DNA of 64,000 nt, taken from the NCBI GenBank assembly GCA_963823665.1, contig CAWGMQ010000011.1, positions 128,001 to 192,000 on the forward strand, in the 5' to 3' direction. The DNA comes from an uncultured Planctomycetota bacterium. Its GTDB lineage: Bacteria; Planctomycetota; Planctomycetia; Isosphaerales; Isosphaeraceae. Below the pieces are notes generated by a model. The model worked only from the letters and a program-made list of their open reading frames with translations, was not told where the DNA came from and did not search any database. Each line of letters begins with the position of its first letter. Within the stretch, counting starts at the first letter, position 1. The position numbers and the translations under genes were made by a program. Below are positions 10,631-21,138 of the stretch, one piece after another.

Positions 10631-13600
10631 ATGTCAAACGGCGACCAGCCTGACGCGGGTTCATCGGCCGGAGAACTTCCCGACGACCCAATGGCGCGGC
10701 CGGGAATCCCAAAGTCCCGAATCGCTCGAGGCCATCCACGAAAGTGCGACGATCCACCAGCCCATCCACGAAGATGCGACGATCCTCGGCGGGCCGGGCA
10801 TCCAGGCCGCTCTGGCGGACCAATCGGCTGCGGGTGGCGGCTCCGGTTCGATCACCGACCCGTCCGAGTTTCGCCGGGCGGTGCTCGAGATCGGCTTGGC
10901 CACTGAGGAGGAGCTCGATGGCCTGACCGCTCTGAGTTCCGGCATCCGCGGGAGTCCTCGGTCTGGCCCGAGCTCTCCAGAAGGCCGGCAAGCTGACGGC
11001 CTACCAGGCCGCCGCCCTGTATCAGCGCAAGAGCCGCGGCCTGCTCATCGGCAACTACCTGATCCTCGACAAGCTGGGCGTCGGCGGCATGGGCGTGGTC
11101 TTCAAGGCTCGACATCGGCGGCTGGGACACGTGGTGGCCTTGAAGATCCTCCCCCCCTCGTTCGCCCGCGATCGCACCGCCCTTGCGCGGTTCAAGCGGG
11201 AAGTCGAGGCGGCTGGCAAGCTCAATCACCCCAACATCGTCGCCGCGCTGGACGCCGACGAGGATCGGGGCGTCCATTTCCTGGTGATGGAATACGTCGA
11301 GGGCCGCGACCTGGACCGCGTCGTCCGCGAGCGGGGACCGTTGCGGGTCGTCGACGCGATCGAGTACCTGATCCAGGCGGCGCGCGGGCTGGCCGCCGCC
11401 CATGCCGAGGGGATCGTCCACCGCGACATCAAGCCGTCGAACCTGATGCTCGACACCCAGGGGACCGTCCGCGTGCTCGACCTGGGCCTGGCGCGGATCG
11501 TCGACGCCTCGAACCCGTTTGGTCAGGCGGCGGGCGGTCGTTTGACCGAGAGCGGGATGTACATGGGGACGATCGACTACATGGCCCCCGAGCAGGCGGA
11601 GGACTCGCGGCGGGCCGATCAGCGCGCGGACATCTACAGCCTGGGCTGCACGTTGTATTACCTGATGACGGGCCGCGAACCGTTCGCGGGCGAGACGGTG
11701 CTGAAACGGCTGATGGCGCACCAGGAGCGGCCGGCGCCGCCGTTGCGGGGAGCTCGTCCCGATGCGCCGGCGGCTCTGGAGGACGCGTTTCAGCAAATGA
11801 TGGCCAAGCGGCCGGCGGATCGCCCGGAGTCGATGACGGCGGTGATCGCGCTCTTGGAATCCTGCAAGGCCGCGGCTGCGGGCCGCACGCTCCCGCCGCG
11901 CGCCAAGTCGCGTCCGGAACTGAAGGTCTTCGACGAGGCGGCGATCAAGCAGGCCGCGTCGAGGAAGACGGACCGGGACTCGTCGATCTTCGCCCTGCGC
12001 GACGAGTCTGAGGGGGTGCCGACGGGCTCTGAGCTGAGCCTCGAAGACCTCTTCAGGGACGTACGCTCGGCCGTTCCGGCAGCCGCGCCAAGTCCCCCCA
12101 CGATCAAGCGGGTCGTCAAGCGCCAGGGCCATCTGCCTCCGCAGCGCCGGACTCGCAAAACCCACACACCCCGCAACCGATGGCGTACGCCCGTGCTGGT
12201 GGCGCTCGGTTCCGTCGTTGCGATCGCGACGGTCATCGTCGCTACGCGAATGGTGCCCGACGGTTCGAACGCCCAAGACCAACCTCGCGGACTGTCCGAA
12301 CTCGTCCCGACGACCGTGCCCGTGCCCGTGACGGAGACTCCAGCCGTCGGGACCGTCCCGCGCGATTCTTCCGTGTCCACCCCGAAGACCAAGACTTCGC
12401 TGAAGACCCCTTCGGAATTCACGACGATCTTTGATGGATCCAGCGGCAAGGGATGGATTCTTTGCGACGGGAGTCCCTTGCCCAGGGCCAACGTTCAGGA
12501 CGGGGCGCTCAATCCCCACGGCACGAGAAGCGAGCTGTTCGTCTACCAGACGCCGCTCGAGGACTTCATGCTCGAGTTCGATTTTAAGTTGACCGAGAAA
12601 GGCGACGCGGGCGTGTTCCTCCGGGTCAGCGACTTGAACGCCCCGGCGGAAACGGGCCTGAAGATCGCCCTGGGTGATAGCCCGAGGGCGGGTGCGGAGA
12701 ATTCCGCGGCGCTTTACCAGCTTGTCGCACCCAGGCGGGGGGCGAGCCCGGAATCCGAGGGCGGGTGGAACCGCGTGAGGATCGCGGCGAAGGGGCCGCG
12801 CGTCGCGGTGTCGCTGGGCGGGATCGAGGTCACGACGATCGACCTCGATCGGTGGACGACCCCGGGCAAGCGTCCGGATGGCTCGGTCCACAAGCTCCAG
12901 GACCTCGCGTTCGGTAAGCTGCCCCGCGCTGGGTATCTCGGCTTTCAGGGGCTTTACAGCAACTGCTGGTTCAAGAACGTCGCGGTCTCCGACGTCCTCG
13001 CTTTCCTCTCGACTGGTGCGGGCCGTGCCTTCCTACGTCCAGGCGGGTCAGTTCACGGGACACAAGGTGGCCCAGGGGGGGATCGCTGACGTCGCCCTCG
13101 CCCCGGACGGGCGCGTCCTCTCCGGCGGCTCCGATGGGATGGCTCGGCTCTGGGAGCTCGAGACCGGCCGCGAGCTCCACGCGTTCCCTTGCAATAGCAT
13201 GGTCTGGAGTGCGGCTTTTTCCCCGGACGGCCATCACGCCTTGACAGCCAGCCACGATCAAGGAGTGCGATACTGGGACCTGGACCGGGGCCGGCTCATC
13301 TTCGCCAGAAAAGACGTCCACACGAACCATGTGAAGGCGGTCGCTTTCTTTCCCGACGGCCTCAGGGCCTTGTCGGCCGGCGATGATGATGTCGTGATGC
13401 TCTGGGACCTCAAGCAACGCCGGCCGGTGGGGCCCGTCGGGAAGCACGGAGGTGACATCGAATGCCTGGCCATATCTCCGGACGGCCGCCTGGCGCTCTC
13501 CGGGGGGCAGGACAAGGTCGTGAAGGTCTGGGATTTCGGCTCCGGGCGGGAGCAGCCTGCCCTGACAGTTCATAAGCACGTGATCATTTGCGTCGCGTTC

Positions 13601-14461
13601 TCCCCGGACGGCCGCAAGGCTCTGACGTCCAGTCTGGATAAAGCCGTGATCCTCTGGGACGTCGCGAGCTGGAAGGAGATCGCCCGTGCGGAGCTGCCGG
13701 GCGGCGGGATTGTCACGTCCGCCAAGTTTCTGTCTGACGGCCGGAGCGTCCTGACGTGCAGCGACACGGGAAAGCTCGTGCTCTGGGACATCGAGTCCGG
13801 TGTCGCGATCCGTCAGGCGCAAGGACCATCCGGGCACCGACGCCTCGCCGCGTGGCCGGATGGCAGCCTTGTTCTGACCGGCGATAGCGACGGGATCGTG
13901 CGGATCTGGTCGCCCTCACCCTTGCGGCTGCCCGGCGCGCCGGCGGCCAACCTGCTCAAGAACGGCAGCTTCGAGCTGGGGCCTGACGTTCAGGACGTAC
14001 CGCTCGTAGCGGGATCGACTGCGATCCCGAGTTGGACGGTGACGCGCGAACCGATCGATTGCATCCAGAACGCGTTGCGTGCCGGCGAAGGCAAGCGATG
14101 CCTTGACTTGAACGGCTCCCCCGGCGTTGGGGGTATCCGGCAATCGTTCCTCACCACCAAGGGGCAGCGATACCGTGTGACGTTCTTGATGGCGGGAAGT
14201 ATTGCCGGGGGATCTACGGGAAATCGGGAAATCAAGAGGTTGGGCGTGAGCGCGGCGGGCAAGTTGGGGGAGTTCTCCTTTGACACGACCGGCAAGACTC
14301 CTGACAAGATGGGGTGGACGACCAAGACCTGGGAGTTTCTGGCCGTGGAGGGGGAAACATCCCTCGAGTTCTACAGCCTTGACAGGAAAAACCCCTTGTT
14401 CGGGGCGGCGCTCGATGACGTTCGCGTCGTGGCCCAGGCCGGGAACAATTCCTCACAATGA
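10631..14461 (+). CDS. Ser/Thr protein kinase with TM, DUF1080, WD40 repeats and a C-terminal choice-of-anchor C/DUF642-like domain (3 frameshifts)
   Basis: KLGVGGMGVVFK, HRDIKPSN, DLGLAR, GTIDYMAPEQ; hydrophobic segment; IFDGSSGKGW..GYLGFQ; WD40 repeats (AFSPDG..W); NLLKNGSFE..LDLNG..GAALDDVRV. Frame changes at ~10710, ~10960 and ~13030. Confidence 0.85.
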
Positions 14462-14802
14462 CCGACCTCGGGGCGGTGTCGCCCCCTCGTCGGCGCGCGA
14501 ATTCGGCTCGCTCGGACGTCTCCTTCGGCGTCCCTGACGTGATTGCCGGTCAGCAATCGCCAGTAAGAAAAAATCGCCCGTTCGAACAGTGAGAACATGC
14601 GGATCAGATAAGTGGCATCAAGGTTCCGGTCAACCGCATAGATATCTGCAACCGCCAAGTCGTCCCAGCCCCTTTCTTCTGTGACGTCGTGGATCTCGTT
14701 GGGCGTCGCACCCAGCAACCAGTCCACCGCGACCCGAACTGCATGATACTCCCGCTCCGCGGCCTTGATTCGGCTTGCCCAATCGAAACGATTATGCGGC
14801 AT
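14371..14802 (-). CDS. Hypothetical helical protein, probably C-terminally truncated
   Basis: MPHNRFDWASRIKAAEREY...TYLIRMFSLFERAIFSYW; start overlaps the stop of the upstream gene; the 3' end runs into the convergent kinase gene. Confidence 0.5.
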   Translation of the reverse strand: MPHNRFDWASRIKAAEREYHAVRVAVDWLLGATPNEIHDVTEERGWDDLAVADIYAVDRNLDATYLIRMFSLFERAIFSYWRLLTGNHVRDAEGDVRASRIRAPTRGRHRPEVGHCEELFPAWATTRTSSSAAPNKGFFLSRL

Positions 14803-15164
14803 GAGCGGCGATCTCGTTCAGGACTCGATTCAAGGACGCCTCATCTAGCATCATCGCTTCGGCGTTCTTGATCCTGGCCACCGCGGCAGTGGAACGGAAC
14901 GCATAGTGCAGCCTCCACGCACCGTCGACGAAGTAGAGGCTGGCAATGTCGTCGTAGGCCGGTAACAGGTAAAGGTCGACAACTCCGTCGGTCCCAGGGG
15001 CGAACCGTCCGACCGGGTCGAGAATCACCTCGACCGTCTCCCGCTGCAAGAGCATGGCTGGAGCCTTGTACTGGCCTAAAACCGAATCCTTCATTGACTT
15101 CTCGATGACGCGGGTTCTCCAACCAGAGCCTTCCGTCCATCGCCTCTAGCAAATTATTGGGCAT
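14792..15164 (-). CDS. Hypothetical protein (5' part frameshifted or degenerate)
   Basis: TRVIEKSMKDSVLGQYKAPAMLLQ..DPVGRFAPGTDGVVDLYLLPAYDDIASLY is protein-like; coupled to the 14371..14802 ORF. Confidence 0.55.
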
Positions 15165-15350
15165 CGCTTTCACAGCTCGCATCGCGAAAGTATACTAACC
15201 GCCGGAATCATCCGGGTCAGATTCTGTCAGGAATGCCGATACGGGCCGGCCATGCCGGGAAGCCCGGCACCCGCTCGGTCCGCTCCGCCTTTCTGCCGGG
15301 TCTGCCGGCCACTCTTCACACATCGATCACACTTCCGAGGAGTGACATCC

Positions 15351-18207
15351 ATGAGGTCGCTACGAGATCTACGTCCGGTCCGTCCTCGCCCTGCGAAAGC
15401 ACGGAGCTTCAAGTCCCCGGTAGAGCGACTCGAATCCCGCGAGCTGCTCAGTTCCATGCCGGTGGCCCAGCCGATGCACACGATCGTGCCCTTCGCCGGT
15501 CCGGGCGGCCCGCCGTCCGGGAGCTTCACGCCCGCCCAGATCCAGCAGGCGTATCAATTCAACCAGGTCAGCTACAACGGGTCGGACGAGACGATCGCCA
15601 TCGTCGACGCCTACAACGACCCGGACATTCAGTCGAACCTCAACACGTTCGATAGCGAGTTCGGCCTTGGCGTCCACCACGATCAGCGTGGTCAACCAGA
15701 CCGGCGGCAGCAAGCTCCCCTCGGCCGACCCGACGGGCGGCTGGGAGGTGGAGGAATCGCTCGACGTCGAATGGGCGCATGCCATGGCGCCCGGGGCGAC
15801 CATCATGCTGGTGGAAGCCAGCTCCTCCAGCCTTTCCAACCTGCTGACGGCCGTGAGCTATGCATCGCAGCATGCGAACGTCGTGTCGATGAGCTGGGGC
15901 AGCAGCGAGTTCTCAGGCGAGACGGCGTACGACAGTTACTTTGACGCGCCCGGCGTCGCCTTCGTGGTGGCCTCGGGGGATACCGGCGCACCGGCCGAAT
16001 GGCCGGCGGCCTCGCCGAACGTCCTGGGCGTCGGCGGCACGTCGCTCGTGCTCAGCAGCAGCGGCGGTTGGGGCAGCGAGACCGGCTGGAGCGGCAGCAC
16101 TGGCGGCCCCAGCCCCTACGAGCCGCAGCCGTCCTACCAGGCCGGCGTGGTGACACAGACCTCGTCGGCGCGGGCCACCCCGGACGTCGCCTACGATGCC
16201 TCGTCGACCGGCACTTATGCCGTGTACGACTCGTATCCCGACGAAAACGAGACCCTCGACTGGGTGGCGGTCTACGGCACCAGCGCCGTGCGCCGCAGTG
16301 GTCGGCGATCCTGGCGATCGCCGATCAGGGTCGGGCCGCCAACGGCCTGCTCGGCCCTCAACACCTCCGGCGCCCAGCAGGTCATGGACATCCTGTACCA
16401 GAACCCGGGCGACTTCCACGACATCACCAGCGGGACCAGTACCGGCGATCCGAATTACTCCGCCGGGCCGGGCTACGACTATGTGACCGGGCTGGGCACC
16501 CCGATGGTCAACCTGATCGTCGGCTCGCTCGACGGCAGCACCAGCACGACCCCACCCGACACGATGGTCGTCTCTGCGCCGAGCAGTGCCACAGCGGGCG
16601 ACTCGTTCACCTATACCGTCACCGCCCATAACCCCACCACCGGAAGCGTGGACACCAGCTTCACGGGGACGATCCGCTTCACCAGCACCGACAGCAAGAT
16701 CCAGGGGTTGCCAAGCACTTACACGTTTACCACGACCAACGATGGAGTGGCCAGCTTCACCGTCACGCTCGAGACCGCCGGCTCACAGACGATCACCGAG
16801 ACGAGCGCGTCGGGGTCGGTCAATTCGACGATCGTGGTCAGCCCCACCACGGCGAGCCGGTTCGTGATCTCCGGCCTCTCGACCGCCACGGTGGGGACGG
16901 CCGAGAGCTTCACCGTGACAGCCGAGGACGCCTACGGCAACGTGGCCACCGGCTATACCGGCACGGTGGAGTTCACCAGCTCCGACACCGCGGCGACCCT
17001 GCCGGGCAACACCCCGTTCACCTTGGCCAATGCGGGCCAGCAGACGTTCTCCGTCACCTTCGGGACGGCCGGGACGCAGTCATTGACCATCACCGACACC
17101 GAAAACGCGAGCTTGACAGCCACCCAGTCGGGGATCAGTGTCTCCCCGGCGGCGCCGTCGGGTCTGGCCGCGACCGCGGTCTCGTCGTCGCAGATCAACC
17201 TCACGTGGGGCGCCGCGGCCGGGGCCACCGCCTACGAGATCGAGCGCAGCCTCAGTGCCGCCTCCGGTTTCGCGGAGGTCGGGACGGCGACCACGACGAG
17301 CTACTCCGACACGGGCCTGACGGCGGGGACGACGTACTACTACCAGGTGATCGCCACCGGCGGGGGCAACTCCTCGGCGGCCAGCAACACCGCCAGCGCC
17401 ACCACAACCGGCACGGCGCCGCCGCCCTCCACCGAATCAATCTGGGGCACTTCGTACCGCCCCACGGTGAATTACTGACTATGACGGCGAACGGGGCAAA
17501 CGTTCGAGCTGGGCGTGCAGTTCGAGTCGAACGTCGCCGGCCTCGTGACCGGCGTTTTGTTCTACAAGCAGCGCGGGACGACCGGCACGAATGTCGCCCA
17601 CCTGTGGTCCTCGAACGGGACCCTGCTGGCGTCGGCGACCTTCACCAACGAGACGAGCTCGGGCTGGCAGGAGGTTAGCTTCTCCAGTCCCGTGGCGATT
17701 CTGGCCAACACGATCTATATCGTCTCGTACGACACCGGCAGTCCCCTGTTCTACTACGACTCGGAGTACTTCGCCAACGGCGGGGTGACCAACGGCAACC
17801 TGACGGCGCCGCAGTCGAGCACGATCAACGGCGGGGTCCTCGACAACGGGGTGTACAATTACGGCGGGGAGTTCCCGCTCGCCAGCCAGTACTACGCGAA
17901 CTTCTGGGTCGATGTCGCGTTCTCGCCGTCGGCGGGCTCGAGTGCGAGCGCCAAGACGGCGGCCGGCGCCGCCAGGACGAGCGGATCGGCCACGGTGGCG
18001 ATCGGACAGTCGGGCTACACCATCACCACGGCGGGATCGGCTACGCCCGCCGGGCCGATGGGCGCCGTGCCGGGATCCCAGGGAACCTCGTCATCGACGG
18101 CACGGCGACCGTCCGTCAGCTACGCCGTGGTGAGCTACCGCCCCGTGGTCAGGCAGGCGCGGGCAGTGGTCCTCTGGGGTCAGAAGGCGACTTCGTTACT
18201 GAGCTGA
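15351..18207 (+). CDS. Secreted S53 (sedolisin/kumamolisin-like) peptidase with Ig-like repeats, FN3 and DUF4082 (frameshifted)
   Basis: gaggag RBS; Planc_extracel-like 'ERLESRELLS'; TIAIVDAY, EESLDVEWAHAMAP (E-x3-D), SGDTG, PDVAYDA, YGTSA/APQW, GYDYVTGLGTP; 'ELGVQFES..GWQEVSFSSPV..NFWVDVAF'. Frame breaks at ~15668, ~16290-16350 and ~17480. Confidence 0.85.
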
Positions 18208-18437
18208 TGCCGACCGAAGGAGACGAAGCGAGGTGGGATTCCGGGGACACCACAAGTAATTGTCCTTCGTCAATCGCGGAAGTCGTTGAGCGGGAACCGG
18301 GACCGATCGGAGCACCTGCGATCGTGTCGCCGTCGCTGACGCCAGTAGAGCAGACAGGCTATTCATTTGAGCAGAGACACGGCTTGGCGTTCTACGCCCC
18401 GGGTGGTTCGGCTAGAATTCGCGCCATGGAGGTCACC

Positions 18438-18986
18438 ATGCAGATTGCCCTCTCGCCCGACGCCGTTGCCGTGCTGCGCTTCGAAATCAAGGGATATCGG
18501 TCCAAGGTGCCGGGGAGCCGGCTGCCGGCCTACCGTGAGCTGGCTGCCGCGGGAATCATGGAGCCGGTACCCGGCTCGGACACCGACTACCGGTTCGCCG
18601 AAGACGGCATGAAGCATCGTGAGGAGATTCTCGAGCGGGAAGCGGCGCGGATCGAGCGCGATCGGTACGAACCGCCGGATGCCGATCTGTCGGAGGCGGC
18701 CAGAGAACGATTGCGCCTCTACTTGGCGGGCGATCGCAGGGTGACCGATGGGAATCGCCCGGCCTACCGGGAACTGGTCGCGGCGAGGATCATGATCCCT
18801 CTCCATTCGTTCGTCGCGGGGTGGGAGGCGGCGTATCGGCTTACCTACTGGGGCTATGAACGGAGGTTCGAGCTTGCGGGAGAGGAACACGACGATGATG
18901 TTGGGAGACCTGGCACCGGCCAGCCCTACTGCAAACACTGCCAATCCCCAATCGCTGTGTCCTGGTCCCAATCAACGCCGCCGTGA
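18438..18986 (+). CDS. Hypothetical protein with an internal tandem duplication
   Basis: ggagg RBS before the ATG; two copies of LS..A...LR....G......PAYREL.AA.IM.P.......YR....G...R.E. Confidence 0.65.
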   Translation: MQIALSPDAVAVLRFEIKGYRSKVPGSRLPAYRELAAAGIMEPVPGSDTDYRFAEDGMKHREEILEREAARIERDRYEPPDADLSEAARERLRLYLAGDRRVTDGNRPAYRELVAARIMIPLHSFVAGWEAAYRLTYWGYERRFELAGEEHDDDVGRPGTGQPYCKHCQSPIAVSWSQSTPP

Positions 18987-19012
18987 TGTCTTGTTTCCCC
19001 GATCACAGATCC

Positions 19013-19042
19013 TTGCAATCCATTTTGAGTCACGTCTATAAT
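19013..19042 (+). promoter_or_regulatory. Sigma70-like promoter TTGCAA-N18-TATAAT
   Basis: ttgcaa at 19013-19018 and a perfect tataat at 19037-19042, in an AT-rich patch. Confidence 0.6.
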
Positions 19043-19091
19043 AGCGGATGAGGTGCGCCTCTCAAGACGGGCGGTGCACCCAAGTCACGAA

Positions 19092-19135
19092 GGCCCTATC
19101 GCTCGGCACCCCGGGCGATAGGGCTTTTTTGTTTT
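19092..19135 (+). terminator. Intrinsic terminator in the leader of the choice-of-anchor Q gene
   Basis: gccctatcgctcgg-cacc-ccgggcgatagggc hairpin followed by ttttttgtttt. Confidence 0.8.
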
Positions 19136-19166
19136 CCTCGCAGGCACGTGCCGATCGGAACCTCCA

Positions 19167-20858
19167 GTGTCGACTCTCAAAACCATCGTTCGCCGGTGCT
19201 GCGCCATCTCGCCATCGCTCCCCCAGTTCGCCTCGGCCCGGCCTCGCCCCGTAACGAGGCGGCTGACGTTAGAACACCTCGAGAGCCGGGTCGTGCCCTC
19301 AACGATTCTCGTCACGAGCTTGCTAGACTCGGGTCGCGGCTCGCTCCGGGCCGCGATCATCAAGGCCAACCAGGACCCGAGCCATTCGGGAAGTCACACG
19401 CATTCGGATACAATCAAGTTCGCGCACTCGGTGAGGGGGACGATCCTTTTGGAGAGTGCACTGCCGGTCCTGTTGACCGATACGGTGATCTCCGGGCCAG
19501 GCCCCGCATTGCTGACGGTGGCCCGAGATTCCAGGTCTTTCCAATCGTTCCGCATCTTTACCGTAGGCAAAGGTGCCAGGACTGCGATTTCCGGACTGAC
19601 CATCGCGGGCGGAAGCACCGCCGCCGGAGGTGGGATCAATAACGCCGGATCGCTCTCACTGAATAATATGTGGATCATGGGCAACTTGACCTCCGGCGGC
19701 CTCGTGATTACCCAGGGAGCTACTCTTGGGGGTGGGATCGACAACACCGGCACGCTGTCAGTCACCGACTGCCGATTCACAGACAACACGGCAGAGGGCA
19801 ACGCCAACGTGGCCTATGGCGGTGCGATCGCGAACTCAGGCAGGCTCTCGATCATCGGGGCCACGTTCAGCGGCAACGTGGCCCAGAGTGGTTCAAATTA
19901 CGACGGTTTCGGCGGTGGAATCTACAATTCAGGCACGCTTTCGGTCATGGGGTCGACGTTCAGCGGCAACTCGGCCACGAGCGGTCAAGACGGTTATGGC
20001 GGTGCGATCAACAACCTCGGCACGCTCTCTGTCACCAACTCCACGTTCAACACCAACTCGGCGACGGGTGTTCTCGGCAGTTTCGGCGGCGCCATCGCCG
20101 ACTCGGGCGTCATTTCGCTCACCTACATCACGGCAGACGATAATTCGGCCACCACCGGCGGTGGCGTCGCGATCGTCTCCGGGGCTCAATCCATGGGCAA
20201 CTCGATTGACAGCATCTTTCAGAATTCGCAGGGCGGAAACGTCGCCGTCGTCGCGGGCAGCTTCACCTCCTTGGGCTACAACTTGTTCTCTGACAATCCC
20301 GGGATCAGCCACGTACCCACTGACCGGGTCAACATCAACCCGCTGTTGGGTCCGCTTGCGAACAACGGTGGTGATACCGAGACCCAGGCCCTGCTTTCCG
20401 GAAGCCCCGCGATCAGAGGGGGGATTTCAGTTGCCGGCATCACAACCGATCAGCGGGGAGACCCCCGGCCAGCGAGTGGTTCAACCGACCAGGGCGCTTT
20501 CCAGGTGCAACCCACTCTCTTCGTGAAGAGCATCCGGGAGTATAATTTCCCTGACCGTCCCGCCGTCTTTGTGCTGGCCTTCAACATGCTGCTCAATGCC
20601 TCCCGGGCTCAGTCCCTTGGCAACTACAGCATTGTTACGGAAGGCGGGAACGCACACCGGGTCGGAATCCGTTCCGCTCATTACAGTGCCTTTACCCAGT
20701 CCGTGACCGTGCGAGCAAGAATTCACCACCCCCCGAGTGAGATTTGGATAGTCACCGTGACCGGCACGCCACCGCACGGACTGACCAACACAAAGGGCGA
20801 CTATCTCGATGGCGCCGGGGACGGCCGACCAGGTACCAACTTCGTGGTGGGACTCTGA
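19167..20858 (+). CDS. Extracellular beta-helix / choice-of-anchor Q domain protein
   Basis: 'RRLTLEHLESRVVPS' leader; DSGRGSLRAAI; GG(G/A)I.NSGTL.V..STFSGN repeats; PLLGPLANNGG.TETQALLSGSPAI..DQRG.PR..DQGAFQ. Confidence 0.85.
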   Translation: MSTLKTIVRRCCAISPSLPQFASARPRPVTRRLTLEHLESRVVPSTILVTSLLDSGRGSLRAAIIKANQDPSHSGSHTHSDTIKFAHSVRGTILLESALPVLLTDTVISGPGPALLTVARDSRSFQSFRIFTVGKGARTAISGLTIAGGSTAAGGGINNAGSLSLNNMWIMGNLTSGGLVITQGATLGGGIDNTGTLSVTDCRFTDNTAEGNANVAYGGAIANSGRLSIIGATFSGNVAQSGSNYDGFGGGIYNSGTLSVMGSTFSGNSATSGQDGYGGAINNLGTLSVTNSTFNTNSATGVLGSFGGAIADSGVISLTYITADDNSATTGGGVAIVSGAQSMGNSIDSIFQNSQGGNVAVVAGSFTSLGYNLFSDNPGISHVPTDRVNINPLLGPLANNGGDTETQALLSGSPAIRGGISVAGITTDQRGDPRPASGSTDQGAFQVQPTLFVKSIREYNFPDRPAVFVLAFNMLLNASRAQSLGNYSIVTEGGNAHRVGIRSAHYSAFTQSVTVRARIHHPPSEIWIVTVTGTPPHGLTNTKGDYLDGAGDGRPGTNFVVGL

Positions 20859-21138
20859 AAGGACGCAATAGCGCCGTAACATCGTCTATCTTACTACTGT
20901 TCGGCATACCGCGCGGCAGTCAGCAAGTAGCGTTCCCGGAACTCAAACCATTTCCTCGATCTCGCTTGTTTCGTGTCGGCGGCCGCCGGCGTATAGTAGT
21001 GCCGGGTCGATTTGAGAGCCGAATCAGAAGTCGTTCCGCGATTTCGGGAGAATGCGATTGAGTCGAGGGTGCCGCAAGCGCGGCCCGGCAGGAGACTCGC
21101 CTTCCCGGAATCACCACGGGTCATTCGGGACTTCGCTC

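Noticed and set aside
10852..12891. 679-aa minus-strand ORF (also 6427..7689, 44707..45891, 48545..50110)
   Set aside because: Opposite well-supported genes, with no recognisable motifs.
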